64,000 nucleotides of DNA, taken from assembly GCA_965112155.1 (NCBI GenBank), contig OZ218105.1; one strand, written 5' to 3'. The translations under genes were made by a program, and so were the position numbers. Below are positions 35,041-47,397 of the stretch, piece by piece. Positions within the stretch are counted from its first letter, which is position 1. Each line of letters opens with the position of its first letter. The notes beneath the pieces are model-generated. The model worked only from the letters and a program-made list of their open reading frames with translations, searched no databases and was not told where the DNA came from. This DNA comes from Podarcis liolepis (taxonomy: Eukaryota).

Positions 35041-37137
35041 ACAGTCACAGTGCCAACATATAGTAATGTGCATGTGAAGTAGACCTTATTCTCACTTAAA
35101 TCAAAAGGACTTGCTTCTGAGTAAAATATGTTTAGCCACTGAGTCATGCTAGCAAATATTTCTGCTGGAGGAACAGCAATGTAAATGCAGAAACAAAAGC
35201 TGAAAAAAATCCAAAGAAATCAATCATAAACACACACAGTCACACAACCTTTGGCTGTATGAAACTTAGAAGGCCGTAGAGGAGGAAAAGGTCAGAAGCA
35301 AGGGTCTCAGAACAATGGATATGAAACAGAGAAGCTAGGAAGCCACTGAAGATAATTTCTGTTGAACGGTGCCCTAAGTTATTAATAAGACAGCATCTCT
35401 TTGACCTAGATTTTTTCCCCTAGCTACAAGAAGGAAAGAGACTGCATTTTAAAAAGAAGCAGCAACATATTATACCACATACTGAATTATATTAGACAGA
35501 TATGAACAAGTAAAACTAAAATAATATCTACAGTCTGCTGCTGGATTGCATATAATTGAAAGAGTGCTTGTACTTTGGGTCAAAATCCGGTTTATTTGGA
35601 CTAGGGTTAAAGATTTATTTTCAAACTTATTTGATTTCTTCTTTCTCTTACTGTTGTTTAATTAAATGTTTACATGTAGGCATCCCCAGCACAGTAGTAT
35701 ATCTAGATTTAACTTCCAACAGAGATGCTTGTTGGATTTTTGTTTTATTTATAACAGCTTTGATATTAATATATATTATCTGTGCAACAGATTAAACATT
35801 GGGCTATCAAAAATAGTTTGCATTCTCATAATCTCATTTATTTTTATAATGATTTTTTTAAAAAAACCCAGAAACAAAGCTAACACAAAAATTCGGGGCT
35901 TTTTAAAAAAACCACCCCAAAGTAATAGAATCTAAATTGAAAAGGCCTTCTAACAGAGATGTTGAACCTGTGGCTCTCCCTCAAAAAACCTTAAATGATC
36001 ATATAATAAATCTCCTATTGTGTTATTCTGAAACATATTTTGAAAGCCAAATTCATCAGCATCAGAGAAACAGATCTATACTGGAATGCACTTTTGAATT
36101 AACAGTGTATCCAAAGTTCCTAATTTCCTTTTTTAGTATACAAAACCATATACATTTGGCTGTATGATTAATCAACAACAATTTCCTCCTGAACTTATTA
36201 TGTGGATTGGAACCTAAAGTGAGACGCTGTGCACACATAGTCAGCCAACCAGGTGGTGAAAGTGAGCTGCTTTTTGGGGGAGAAATGGGCATAGATTCTT
36301 CATATGTAAACTCCTTATTATCAAGTGAACTCTCACAGATTGCAACAAAACTATATTCAATAACTAAATTCAATAAATAAATAAATAAATAAATAAATAA
36401 TAAGCATGTAAAATTGCAAGGCAATGTTGTGCTGCATGGACAACAGCTGGAGAGATTCTGAACAGCTGTTGCAACTGAGATTCTGTTGCAGCATCTGTAC
36501 TCTCCATCATAACAATAATACTTGGGAGTATCAACCCAAACTACACTTCAGTGTGATAGAAATATGTATTAGGCACCATCAGTATGCATGGAATAACACT
36601 ACAAGCCAGGAAGAACTGTCCAACAAAAAAGTTTTCTCCTAAAGCTTGCTGAGAACACTCCAATACATCAAGCTACTTCAAAATTGACCTGAAGGCAGCT
36701 TGTTCTCTAGATGCTGTAACCAATAATTTGTTGTTACTATGACCACACTACCTTAACCCCTTACCTCATGATACACCTCTGAAACACAACATGAAAACTC
36801 ATGTTCTACCTAATGCAGACTCTGAGCTAGGAGTCCTTACTCCAGGGGACGTAGAACACACCAGGCAAGTGTAGGACCAAAACAAATCCCAAGCTTCAGT
36901 GGAAATTTGAGGTTGGGGAGGCAACAGGCTTTATTCTTTCACCTCTGCAGCTCTAAGTTTCAGAGAAAGCTTTGAGCATACTCAGCCCCTGGGGTGAGAA
37001 ACATTGATGAACTCTGAGCATCACTATTTAGAATTATGGTTTTAAAAATACAACTCACAAGAGAGTGCAAACATTAATGTGACACACACACTGTATACTT
37101 AAGAGGAGAGCACACAATTAAAAGTATTTCACTAGTA

Positions 37138-37272
37138 TCATAGAATTATAGAGTTGGAAAGGACCCTGGGGATCATCTAGTCCAACCTTCTGTCACGCAG
37201 CTGTACCATATGGGGATTGAACCTGAAACCTTGGTGTCATCAGCACCATGCTCTAGCCAACTGAGCTATCTA
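37138..37272 (-). mobile_element. Short tRNA-head SINE with CR1-type tail
   Basis: Minus-strand TAGCTCAGTTGGCTAGAGC A box, GGTTCAATCCC B box, CCTTTCCAACTCTATAATTCTATGA tail. Confidence 0.75.
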
Positions 37273-37769
37273 GGCACACAATCTAAGGCTCCAAAACTGA
37301 AAATCAGCTTCAGCCCTCCCAACTCTGTCTCTGTTCCCTTTGCCAGTTGAACAATACTAGAGCTGGACCAACGCATCTAGGACCTCCAAGTAAAGCAAAG
37401 GTGGGAAAGCTGTTTCTAAGCCCCCATACGCAAGTGGTGGGTGGGACCAAAGGAAAACGTGGCTGGAACAAGGGAAGAAACATTTACTGACAGTAGGCTA
37501 ATTTCTACACACATCCACCTCTATTTTCCATCCAGATAAGAAAGAGTTGTTATTGGAGTTCTAGGACACATTCCAACCAGACAAGAGCACTCAACAAGGG
37601 TGGGAAGCAGAGTTGGTGAGTAGGTGTGGCCCGAGGAGAGTTCCAAGGCTAGACAGAAAGGCCCATTTGGCCTCTGGACCCAAGGTTCCCGACCCTAGCA
37701 GTGAAGATACAGTATCGTAACACAAGAACACGATATAGCAGTTTGGAGTGCTATCCTGTCATAGTTACT

Positions 37770-37943
37770 ATAAGAGACTTTCATTAATGCTTCTCATCTC
37801 TGTTGTCCACTTTCCTCACTGACACTTCGCGAATACAAAATTTCATCAGCATTTGCCTTTTCCCACACTAGCTGCTCTTCCCGATTTCCCAGGAACTGAC
37901 CAAAAACAGGCACAGAGCGGATGAACCTGGCTAAATCCCAAGC
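37770..37943 (-). other. Candidate internal 5'UTR exon
   Basis: Strong acceptor CTCTTTCTTTCTTTCTCAG|G at 37944/37943 and CpG-retaining unique sequence. Donor uncertain. Confidence 0.3.
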
Positions 37944-38346
37944 CTGAGAAAGAAAGAAAGAGCCTATTGGTAAGCACATCTGGAACGAGTTATGTCAATG
38001 CGGTTCCTTTTCCCCTTATGAGGATTACATTTTAATTGAACTGGTTTGATAACTTTAATGTTTAAAGCTGGAAAAGTGAGTCCATGGCAAAATATTCACC
38101 CAGTTGCTCAGCCATGAGAACCCAGGCTGCCACCCACCTCACTTCTTATGGAAACCCACTGGTAGAAAGTTTGTACCGGAGTTATCAGATTATTGGAAAA
38201 GAGAATGGGGTTAAATGAAAAGAGCAAACACAACACACAGCACCTTGAGCAGCAGCAAAACTACAGAAATATAGTTGATACTTTACTTTAGCATGTCCTC
38301 ACATACTTGCGTTCTTATATCCCCCCCTTTTTCCTTTTTGCAATTA

Positions 38347-38515
38347 CCATATTTTTCGCTCTATAACACGCACCCGACCATAACACGCACATAGTTTTTA
38401 GAGGAGGAAAATCCGTAGGCATGCCACCCGTAGGCATTCCCTCCATAACAAGCACAGACATTACCCCTTACTTTTTAGGAGGAAAAAAGTGAGTGTTATG
38501 GTGCAAAAAATATGG
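38347..38515 (-). mobile_element. pogo-derived MITE (same family as 5051-5309)
   Basis: CCATATTTTT...AAAAATATGG TIRs, TA TSD, shared subterminal sequence. Confidence 0.82.
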
Positions 38516-38523
38516 TACCTCCC

Positions 38524-38683
38524 ATAGTTTAGGAAGCTGCCTTAGGCTAAGTGACATTACTGGTGTATTTAGCTCAGCATGTACATGGACTTGGAAGCAA
38601 GGACTACCTGGAGATTTTTAGATAATGGGACTCAACCTGGGACTTTCTGCTTTGCATGTGCTCTACCACTACAACTACAGCTT
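38524..38683 (-). mobile_element. Degenerate tRNA-Ala-like SINE with CR1-type tail
   Basis: Similar to 57091-57286 (AGGAAGCTGCCTTA tail; GTGCTCTACCACT head). Confidence 0.55.
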
Positions 38684-39980
38684 GCTTGTGCGGGGCCCTG
38701 GGGTGCAGAGAACAGTAATGTTCAGAGACTGTCACTTATGATTTAGGCAGGTATATATGATATATTGATGCATTGTAAGATGTTTCTAAGGTTCATTTGA
38801 CAGAGCAAGCTCTTTTCCCACAAAAGCATGTTAAAATTAATAGATATTAACCAGCAAGTCTTTCTCTGCACAGTTAGCAAATTTTGCTATTCCAGTCACT
38901 AGGATAAGTATTGTAAAAGAATTACTGTAGTTCATGGATAATTTGCAATAGATTGCATGTCAAAGGGATTCTGTGGGAAGGCTCCATGAACCCTGAGGGT
39001 GTGGCAGGTAAGGCAGTTACCCAACTCATTGTCCTTGGGAATCCATAGATCTCCCAAACTAAAGTAGTTTTTACTCTAAAGAAGTCACATATTAGCTTCA
39101 TAATGACATAAAACTGAAACCATCCTAATCAGAGCTACCAAAGGACTAGTAAGAGTACACTAAATTCCAAGAGATAAAAAACAAACAAACCCAGATGCAT
39201 TTCCATAGCAGAAAAATATTTAGCTAGCACAGCGATTCTATGCAACTTACTCAAAAGTAAACCCACTAGTTTATTTAGTTATTAAGTTTATACCCTGTCC
39301 TTCCTCCCAAAGTAGCCCAAGGAAGCAAACAAACAATAAAACAATGAAAATATCTTAAAAACTAGTTCAATTATATAACTCACAATGTGTTTGTAGGACT
39401 GCAGCCTTAAACACCAGTCCCATATATTAAGGATTTGGATTCATTGGTTTCTCAATGAAAAATAAAAGAAGTCAGAATTAGACAATTTTTTTTTTTTGAG
39501 GGGGGTGAGAAGAGAGTAAGGAACATTCATTGGCTCCAGAGAAATAAATATCCTATCTGAACTTGTAAATTATCATATATTAGTGATAGGAAATCCTTTA
39601 TGATTCATCAAACAAGTCTCTTTCCTGAAAACACATGCCAAAAACACGGACATCAAAGGGATGAAGGAACCACACTAAATTCATGGCACATTTTTTTTAT
39701 CACTACAAATATACATACATGGACATTCTTCTCAGTATACTAAGAACTCAGTGCCCAGTGATATTTAACAAGCAGCTGCAAACACATCTGTACACAATGT
39801 TCCTCCTCACATGACTGCCCCTCCCCATATTGGCAGCAGCTTGTTATCAGTTCAAGCAGTGAGTATCATGGTAGGAGGTGGCCATTAAAAAAAAAATAAT
39901 CAGCAGGATTTCTTGCAAGTGGAAGAAGGCGCAGGGTTGCAACCCAATGGCATGCCCACGTTTAAAATTTGCTCAATATA

Positions 39981-40271
39981 CTGTACTTTTCTGTGTATAA
40001 GACAAAGGTTTTTTACACTAAAATAAAGTTAAAAATGGGGGGGGGCTCTTATACATGGGTAGTGCAAAGGGGGGACGGGTGATTGGTGAATGGAGTCTGC
40101 TGCAAGGGCTGCTTTGGATTGGCTTTGGCAATTTGGTGGGTGTCACGATTGTTAGCATTCGTCAGTTGGGCGAGTGATTTTTGGCAATCTTTCCCCATTT
40201 TCTTTAATTTTAGTCCCCCAAAACAGGGAGCGTCTTATACATGGGGGCATATTATACACTGAAAAGTACAA
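39981..40271. mobile_element. Tc1/mariner-pogo type MITE
   Basis: TA|CTGTACTTTTCTGTGTATAAGAC ... TTATACACTGAAAAGTACA inverted termini. Confidence 0.65.
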
Positions 40272-40323
40272 AATAAAAAATTCCTTCCAGTAGCACCTTA
40301 AAGACCAACTAAGTTAGTTCTTG

Positions 40324-40361
40324 GTATGAGCTTTCGTGTGCATGCACACTTCTTCAGATAC
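40324..40361 (-). ncRNA. Minimal type I hammerhead ribozyme
   Basis: GUAU-CUGAAGA-A-GUGUG(CAUG)CACAC-GAAA-GC-UC^AUAC: conserved core, stem II hairpin, 4-bp stem I, palindromic minimal stem III. Confidence 0.8.
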
Positions 40362-40540
40362 ACTGAAATAGAAGTTGCCAGATCCTTCTATATAGTGAGA
40401 AGGTGGGGAGGGGTGTTACTCAGAAGGATGGTGGGAATGGGAGATAGGCAGATAGCTGGGAGAGCCTGTTGACGACTCTTAACGACTGTAATAGGTCTTA
40501 CAGGAAAAGGCAAGGGGTGGGAAGGTGAGAAATGGTTTAG

Positions 40541-41338
40541 TTATGTATAGTGAGATAAGAATCCAATGTCTTTGTTAAGCCCAGGTCTTTTCATGGTTTT
40601 AAGTTTGGTAATGAGTTGTAATTCAGCAGCTTCTCTTTCCAGTCTATTTCTGAAATTCCTTTGTAGTAAAACAGCTACTTTGAGATCTTGTATAGAATGC
40701 CCTGGGAGATTGAAGTGTTCTCCTACTGGTTTCTCTGTTCTGTGATTCTTGATGTCAGATTTATGTCCGTTTATTCTTTGGCGTAAGGTTTGGCCTGTTT
40801 GTCCAATATAGAGAGCTGAAGGACACTGTTGGCATTTGATGGCATACACAATGTTAGACGATGAGCAATTAAATAGTCCCGAGATGGTATGTGTGATGTT
40901 GTTGGGGCCAGTAATGGTGTTGTCCGGGTGTATGTGGCAGCAAAGTTGGCATCTGGGTTTATTGCAGGCTCTGGTGCCAGTGTCTGTGTTAAGTCTGGTT
41001 GTAGTATTATTGTGGGTTAGGAGTTGTTTAAGATTGGGTGGCTGTCTGTAGGCAATGAAAGGTCTTCCTCCCAGAGCTTGAGAAAGAGAACTGTCATTGT
41101 CCAGGAGAGGTTGTAGATCTCTGATGATGCGTTGTACTGTTTGAACTTGGGAGCTGTATGTGATGACTAGAGGTGTTCTGTTATTTTCTTTTTTGGGTCT
41201 GTCTTGCAGCAAGTTCTCTCTGGGTATCAGTCTGGCTCTGTTGATCTGTTGTCTAACTTCATCTGCTGGGTATTTTAGTTCTGAGAAGGTTTGCTGTAGA
41301 TCTCTTAGGTGAGAGTCTCTGTCTGTAGAATTGGAACA
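40541..41338 (-). CDS. Penelope ORF C-terminal fragment with GIY-YIG endonuclease
   Basis: CSSSNIVYAIKCQQCPSALYIGQTGQTLRQRINGH...REAAE...GLN. The frame is open from the truncation point to the stop at 40541. Confidence 0.85.
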   Translation of the reverse strand, partial: CSNSTDRDSHLRDLQQTFSELKYPADEVRQQINRARLIPRENLLQDRPKKENNRTPLVITYSSQVQTVQRIIRDLQPLLDNDSSLSQALGGRPFIAYRQPPNLKQLLTHNNTTTRLNTDTGTRACNKPRCQLCCHIHPDNTITGPNNITHTISGLFNCSSSNIVYAIKCQQCPSALYIGQTGQTLRQRINGHKSDIKNHRTEKPVGEHFNLPGHSIQDLKVAVLLQRNFRNRLEREAAELQLITKLKTMKRPGLNKDIGFLSHYT

Positions 41339-42456
41339 GAAGCCGCATTCATGGAACTTGAGAGTGGGGTGTATTTTATTTTACTAACAGTGAGACTACA
41401 GAGTTAGCAAATGCTGTGTCACCAGTTCTTAATTTTGTCACTTTTGACCTAAACGGAACAGTCTCTTCCTGAAAGGAAGGATTGCTCTTGGAGTTACACA
41501 ATTTCATAGATTCATAAAAACAAAGACAGTTTTGTTGCAGAAGTATAGGTTGAGTTTTGCTGTGGGCAGGAAGAGAAAGAAATGGTATCTACTTGTCTTA
41601 TAATTAAATTAAATAAAAAGGAGGCAACAATAGATTTGCAGTCTTATGACTATAAACAGCCATGAATAGACATTAAAAGACTACCTTAAATCAGTATTAC
41701 TTTGAGGCTTTTGCAAATGCTTAATTTTGCTGCAATACAAATCTTTAATATCTCACACAGTTGATTTGATAGTAAGCAAACAAGAGGTAAGACTGTTTAG
41801 GATCAAAATGTCATGTGGCATCAAGAGTAAACACAAACCGAAGAAAGGAAAGTGTGTGTATACGGATGAATGTATGCAATTGGTGTCACCTAGAATACCA
41901 ATGGCAATATAATATGAATATTGATAAGTGCGGGGCATTCTTTGTAACTACACAGATTTCTCAACATTCACTATAGTTCTGGGGATCATGCCTAAAGCCA
42001 AAATTGCATATGGTCATGGGTTCAATAGCAGGTGGGATTGCCAAAGTCTCCCCCCCCCCAGACACTGACCCCTTTCCACCCCTTATTTCTTTGTTTTTTG
42101 CCAAGCACATAAAGCGGAATGTGCACAAGTTAAATGTGCATACGTTGTGTGCTTATTATATTTCCTTCTAACTGAATATACATTATTTCCGTTGACAGAA
42201 CAGACCACAAAGCTGCATAGATGTCCACATGGAAAATCCTTTCTACGTAATGGGCTGTAGCCAAAAGAAATCAGGCATGCTTTAGTTGGCTCCTGCAGAG
42301 CAGTGGTTCCCAAACTTCCTTTCGCCATGAACCACTTGAAAAGTGCTAAGGTTCCTGGCAGAACCTTGTTTTCTGCCTGTTGTAGCAACTGTAATGCACT
42401 TTGCTAGATGCTGTATGATCTTTAATTGTATTTTTATTGATTCTTATTTTCTTATA

Positions 42457-42680
42457 CAGTGGTACCTCGGTTTACGAACTTAATCTGTTCCGGAAGTCCA
42501 TTCTTAAACTGAAACTGTTCTTAAACCGAGACGTGCGTTCCCTAATGAGGCCTCCTGCCGTCGGTGCCCTTGCACTGTTCAGTTTCTGTTTTAGACTGAG
42601 GTAAAATACACAAACCAGGATACTATTTCCAGTTTTGCGGCGTTCTTAAACAGGGCTGTTGTTAAACTGAGGTACCACTG
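42457..42680. mobile_element. Tc1/mariner MITE (related family B)
   Basis: CAGTGGTACCTCGGTTTA...TAAACTGAGGTACCACTG with TA TSD. Confidence 0.85.
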
Positions 42681-42791
42681 TAATGCATTTTTTAACAGAA
42701 TTTGAATGCCATCAAATTTTATGGAATTCAAATTGTAACTGTTCTTCACAGATATGCTGTGGACCACCTGAATGAAGCTCGTGGACAACTA

Positions 42792-43009
42792 CAGTGGCAC
42801 CTCGGGTTACAGATGCTTCAGGTTACAGACTCCACTAACCCAGAAATAATACCTTGGGTTAAGCACTTTGCTTCAGGATGAGAACAGAAATTGTGTGGCA
42901 GCCACAGCAGGAGGCCCCATTAGCTAAAGTGGTACCTCAGGTTAAAAACAGTTTCAGGTTAAGAACAGACCTCCAGAACGAATTAAGTTCTTAACCAGGG
43001 GTACCACTG
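42792..43009 (+). mobile_element. Tc1/mariner MITE, family A
   Basis: TIRs and TA TSD; collinear with 5403-5625. Confidence 0.88.
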
Positions 43010-45899
43010 TAGTTGCCTGTGGAACACAGTTTGGGAGTTGCTACTCTAGAGAGTAAAACTAGCCTAGAAAACAACAAGAAGAGATCTGTGTAACAAAGAA
43101 ACCAACAGAAACTAATGCAAAAATGTTTAGCCTGAATTTGCCCGTCAAGCTGAGTTGCAAATAGGGGTTTTGAAGGTTAGATTCAAAGCAATAACCATGG
43201 TCATTAATTTTCACATCAAGTATTTCCATAGAGTCCTAATCTCATGTTCCACTCATCTATGCAAAGCTTACTTCTGAATCTGCATGGAAGTACAAAAGCC
43301 AGCATTCAGATATGAGAGTGAAAATAGACCTTGTTCCACGAAAGTCATCCTAAAGGTTTTACATGATTTTTTGAAGTTTGCGGATTCAAGACTAAAGAAA
43401 ATCCTTTGCTGCCATGATCTTGGAGTACTGACACTGCATGGCAAACACCTCAGCACAGACTTTCTTAATCTGGGATCTTGAATACATCACAATGCTCTAA
43501 AAACATAAATGGATATATATATGACTGCAACTTGTTGTCTTGCAATCTATACATTTATTTTACTGCACTTTTCTCCTGCCTTTTTGTCAAAGAAGCTTAA
43601 GCGGGGTGGCTTCTCAATGTCCCATTACCACATAAGAAACATTGTGTTTCTTATGTGGATACAGTTTTCTCTGTGGTGGCAGCCCAACTATGGAATGCTC
43701 TTCAAGCATCAACAGTTCACTTTTCCGTGTCAGCTGAAATACATCTCTCTTTCAATAGGCTTTTACAGATATTTGATTCCATTTGACCAGCTACAAAATA
43801 ATGGGTTACCTGTCTGCTCTGGTAATAATACAGTTTGTACTTGAAATGAAATTTTAATGGATGTATCTTATAATCAACCACTATGATTTATCAATTACTT
43901 CTCCACCTCAACATAGGGCAAATTATTATCATGCTTCTGAGAACATAACATTATCAAACGAAATACAAGATTTCAGGCAACTCATTGGTAAAGGAATATT
44001 GCTCAATTGACCAGTCAAATATTATCAAAGAGTAGACAAGTATTTAAATAATCAACTTAATAGAAGTGTGCATGAGACACTGACATCACCTAAAAAACAG
44101 AACCAAGTCCATGAAATAAAATAGTTAACTATTTTAAGGGAAATTACCAATAACATTCTGTAAATACAAAGGTACATAATACTGAAGAGAATAAAGAGTT
44201 CTTAGTTTTCATCATGGATCCCCAGGAAGAGCCCAAAGAGTTATTTTAAAAAATGAAGTTAAACAAATAATATACAGAGTGCATATGAAACACACATGTT
44301 GAATGCACAGCAAAAGCCAGATTTTAAATGTGGTGAAGGTTACACTAAGCAGACATCAGGCCAACACAAGCATTTTTGCTTCATATTATCCAACTCAGAT
44401 GCTTCAGTATCATCACCTTTCTCATCAGTATCCCCCACCCTCCTCTTGATTACTCCTGCTCACTGACACAAGTCTTAATCAGGCATTCTTCACAACTTAA
44501 AACTGAGATATGCCAATAGCAGTCTTACGACAATGGAAGGCTTGAAACTGATTTCTGGCTCTTGGAAAGTTGATTCTGCAAGCTGACCAATTCCATTCCA
44601 CACTAGCAGCAACACAATAATTTCTGCCACTATGGCTGATCCATAAGGAAGTCTCCACCCTTTCCACTATCATGAAGGAGCAAGCTGCCATGATTGATCT
44701 GCTGGAATTTCATGTCACAGTGTTGTAGCAACCAAGAGATTCCCCCGCCCCCATTTCATTCTTTGCTACCTCCATCACAACTGTCTGATCATTTTACAAA
44801 TGGTTAAGACTTAGGACCCTGGCATTCCTGAAGCTGACGGTGGCAGGGTGCAGCAAGGAGCTCTCGTTCTTGCATTTCCTATCAGGAGACATCATAATTC
44901 AAATAAAAAAAGTACATCGCCATTTCCATAAAAAGGATACATGACATATATTTGACTACTGTGAAACCAGTGCTCAGTTGACTGACATCCTACCAGTAAC
45001 AAAACAACCTCTAAAGAGCTAGAGAATATATAAGGAAGTATAGTCTCTATGTACCTTTTTAGCATTTTGGCCCCACTAGGTTCGCCTCTCTGAAAAGAAA
45101 GAGCATCGCTTTGAAATCTGACCAGTTACCAACCTTTTATTTAAAAAGTTAGCCTCATAGGAGCCTAATTTCATGTAGTGTTGTGACAGATGTGTACCAG
45201 ATTTGGAACAGGACAGAAGTCTGGGTTAGAGGAAGGAACCTTGTGTTTATTCATTCATCATAAAAGAATTAAAGCACATTGGACAACCCCAAAATCAAGT
45301 CATAAATATGTAATCTTTCTAGGCCAGTGTTGTTGTAGTTTTAAATTTTATTAACAGCTTTTCAATGGTCCTGTAAGGAGCAGCTTACTCAGGACCATTT
45401 AAGTGAAGCAAAATTGCTCAACGAATTAAATAAAAATAGTATTTCAGACATACAACAGGCCCAAGACAAATTCTTGATGTAAGGAAGAACTAACCTGGAT
45501 TTATATTTGCACTGGCTCAATAGTTTTTCCACTGAGTTTGCTGCTCATAACATATCCTGAAGTCAAATGCTTATTAATGCAATTTTTCTTGATACCAGTG
45601 AGATTTTTTTAAAAATGCAAAACATTTTTGCTTCCATGTTCACAAAGCTACTAAAAGGTCCATTCAAATGTTGCAGCCCACATGTGGATAGCAGCGAAAA
45701 ATGGTTTTGCAGAGGGCAAGAGATGCTCTACAAACAAGGCAGCACGTCGAATGGGCATGGAGAGTCTCTTACACCAGTGGTTTTAGAACTCTCTGCCTTC
45801 AGGAAACCTCTTCTGCATCAACTTATCTGCTGGGAATACATACAACTACATACTTGCTACAGAACATTAGCACATGACCAAAAAGTCCCTGTATACTTG

Positions 45900-46037
45900 C
45901 AAGGCTGGGGAACCTGTGACCCTCCAAATACTGCTAACCTAAAACTCCCATCAATTCCAGTCAGTTATGACCAATGGTCAGGAATAATAGGAGTTGTAGT
46001 TCAGCAATACTTGGACAGACACAGGTCCACATCTCTG
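45900..46037. mobile_element. hAT MITE (URR1-like), degenerate
   Basis: CAAGGCTGGGGAACCTGTG ... CACAGGTCCACATCTCTG ends and an AACTCCCATC / GGAGTTGTAG hairpin. Confidence 0.6.
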
Positions 46038-46453
46038 TTGTAGGAGATCATGCGCTGTAATCATCAGGCACTGGCCACAAATCTTGAGTTCCACTGTTAT
46101 CTTATGTGAACCCATAAACGTGCCTTAAATGCACCCAACATCTTCTGGCAAAACTGTTCAGGAAAAAAAAGATCAATAATGGAGGACTAAATGTAATGAA
46201 CTTTGTCTAGCATTACAGGTCTTCTCGCTAAAGAATGCACTGATAAGTTCTCCAAAAACACCAGGATTCCCTAGAAGGGTTTTTAAGCCTACTATATAGA
46301 ATGCCTCCACAAGCAAGAATTTTACATACCCTCTTCATGAGGCCCATTCATATCTAAGTAGTTCTAGTATATAACCTGTTGCCTAACTGATTGAATATTT
46401 CAACAGCCCTATGCAGTAGGCCATTAGTGTATTCTTATCCTCACACTACAAAT

Positions 46454-46589
46454 GGGCTCAGTTAGCTCAGGTGGTTAGAGAATGGTGTTGATAATGCCAA
46501 GGTCATGAGTTTGAGCCCCATACGGGCCACCTGCCTATGAACTAGGTGACCCTCAGAGTCCTTTCCAACTGTACAATTATATGATTCTA
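46454..46589 (+). mobile_element. Short tRNA-head SINE with CR1-type tail
   Basis: TAGCTCAGGTGGTTAGAG A box and CTTTCCAACTGTACAATTATATGATTCTA tail. Confidence 0.7.
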
Positions 46590-47010
46590 AATTAGATGAG
46601 ATTTTAAGTAGAAACTTCCCACATCACAACTTATACTCCTAACCACTATATTGAATCTATGGATGAGACTGAGATCATCATGCTGCCATTACAAGGACCT
46701 GCACTAAGATGAAACGACAAAGAAGTTTGGTAGGCATGTATCATGGATGTTTTAGGTAAGGAAAGCCTGTGTGAAAAGTCCTCCTCTGGATCCGTGCCAT
46801 TACTAGAAGTCTAGGATACTGCCTTAACACAATTTAGTTATTGCAACTGTAACTCCAGTTCCCACCTAACAGGTGCACCTCAAATGTGAAAACACAGTTG
46901 TCCTCCAATAATGCAACCCTATGGATGTTTACTTGGAAGCAAGTCCCACTGTGCTCAGTTCCAAGTAAATGTTCCTAGGACTGCAACCAAAAACACTGCT
47001 GAACTATTAT

Positions 47011-47043
<33 letters not shown>

Positions 47044-47127
47044 ATGACATTAAAGCTGAAACCCGAAAAATACTTACTAAGGAGTAAACTCCAATGAGTA
47101 TGGCTTCTGAGTAAACATGTACAGGAC

Positions 47128-47291
47128 CATTGGCGTAGCGTGGGGAGTGCAGGGGGGGCCGGCCGGACGCAACACCTGGGAGTTAGGGTTAGGGGGCGCA
47201 AATCCACGGGTTAGGGGGTGCAAATCCATGGGTTAGGGGGCACAAATTACTTGCCTTGCCCCGGGTGCTGACAACCCACGCTACGCCACTG
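47128..47291. mobile_element. hAT (Tip100-like) MITE with TTAGGG-containing internal repeats
   Basis: TIRs CATTGGCGTAGCGTGGG / CCCACGCTACGCCACTG and a perfect 8-bp TSD TACAGGAC (47120-47127 / 47292-47299). Confidence 0.88.
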
Positions 47292-47397
47292 TACAGGACT
47301 GCCACGCACAATGCCAAAAGCGAACTATTCACAACCTACATATTCCCAGGAGCCATACAGCCTATTCCTGTGCATGCTTACTCAAAAATAATCTCAC

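Larger units (their letters stand above)
40275..41341 (-). mobile_element. Penelope-like retroelement (Neptune type), 5'-truncated
   Basis: Open RT C-terminus, Cys-rich linker CNKPRCQLC, GIY-YIG endonuclease, then a 3' region with TATA and a hammerhead motif. Confidence 0.92.
42301..43043. mobile_element. hAT-Charlie-like MITE hosting two mariner MITEs
   Basis: CAGTGGTTCCCAAAC left TIR, degenerate right TIR GTTTGGGAGTTGCTA, TSD-like CTGCAGAG / CTCTAGAG. Confidence 0.65.

Noticed and set aside
45567-46043. 158-aa ORF
   Set aside because: No motif, and it runs into a hAT MITE; most likely a chance ORF.
47171-47245. Interstitial telomere / fusion scar or CRISPR-like array
   Set aside because: The repeats lie inside a TIR- and TSD-bounded MITE, have no unique spacers, and form no long TTAGGG tract.
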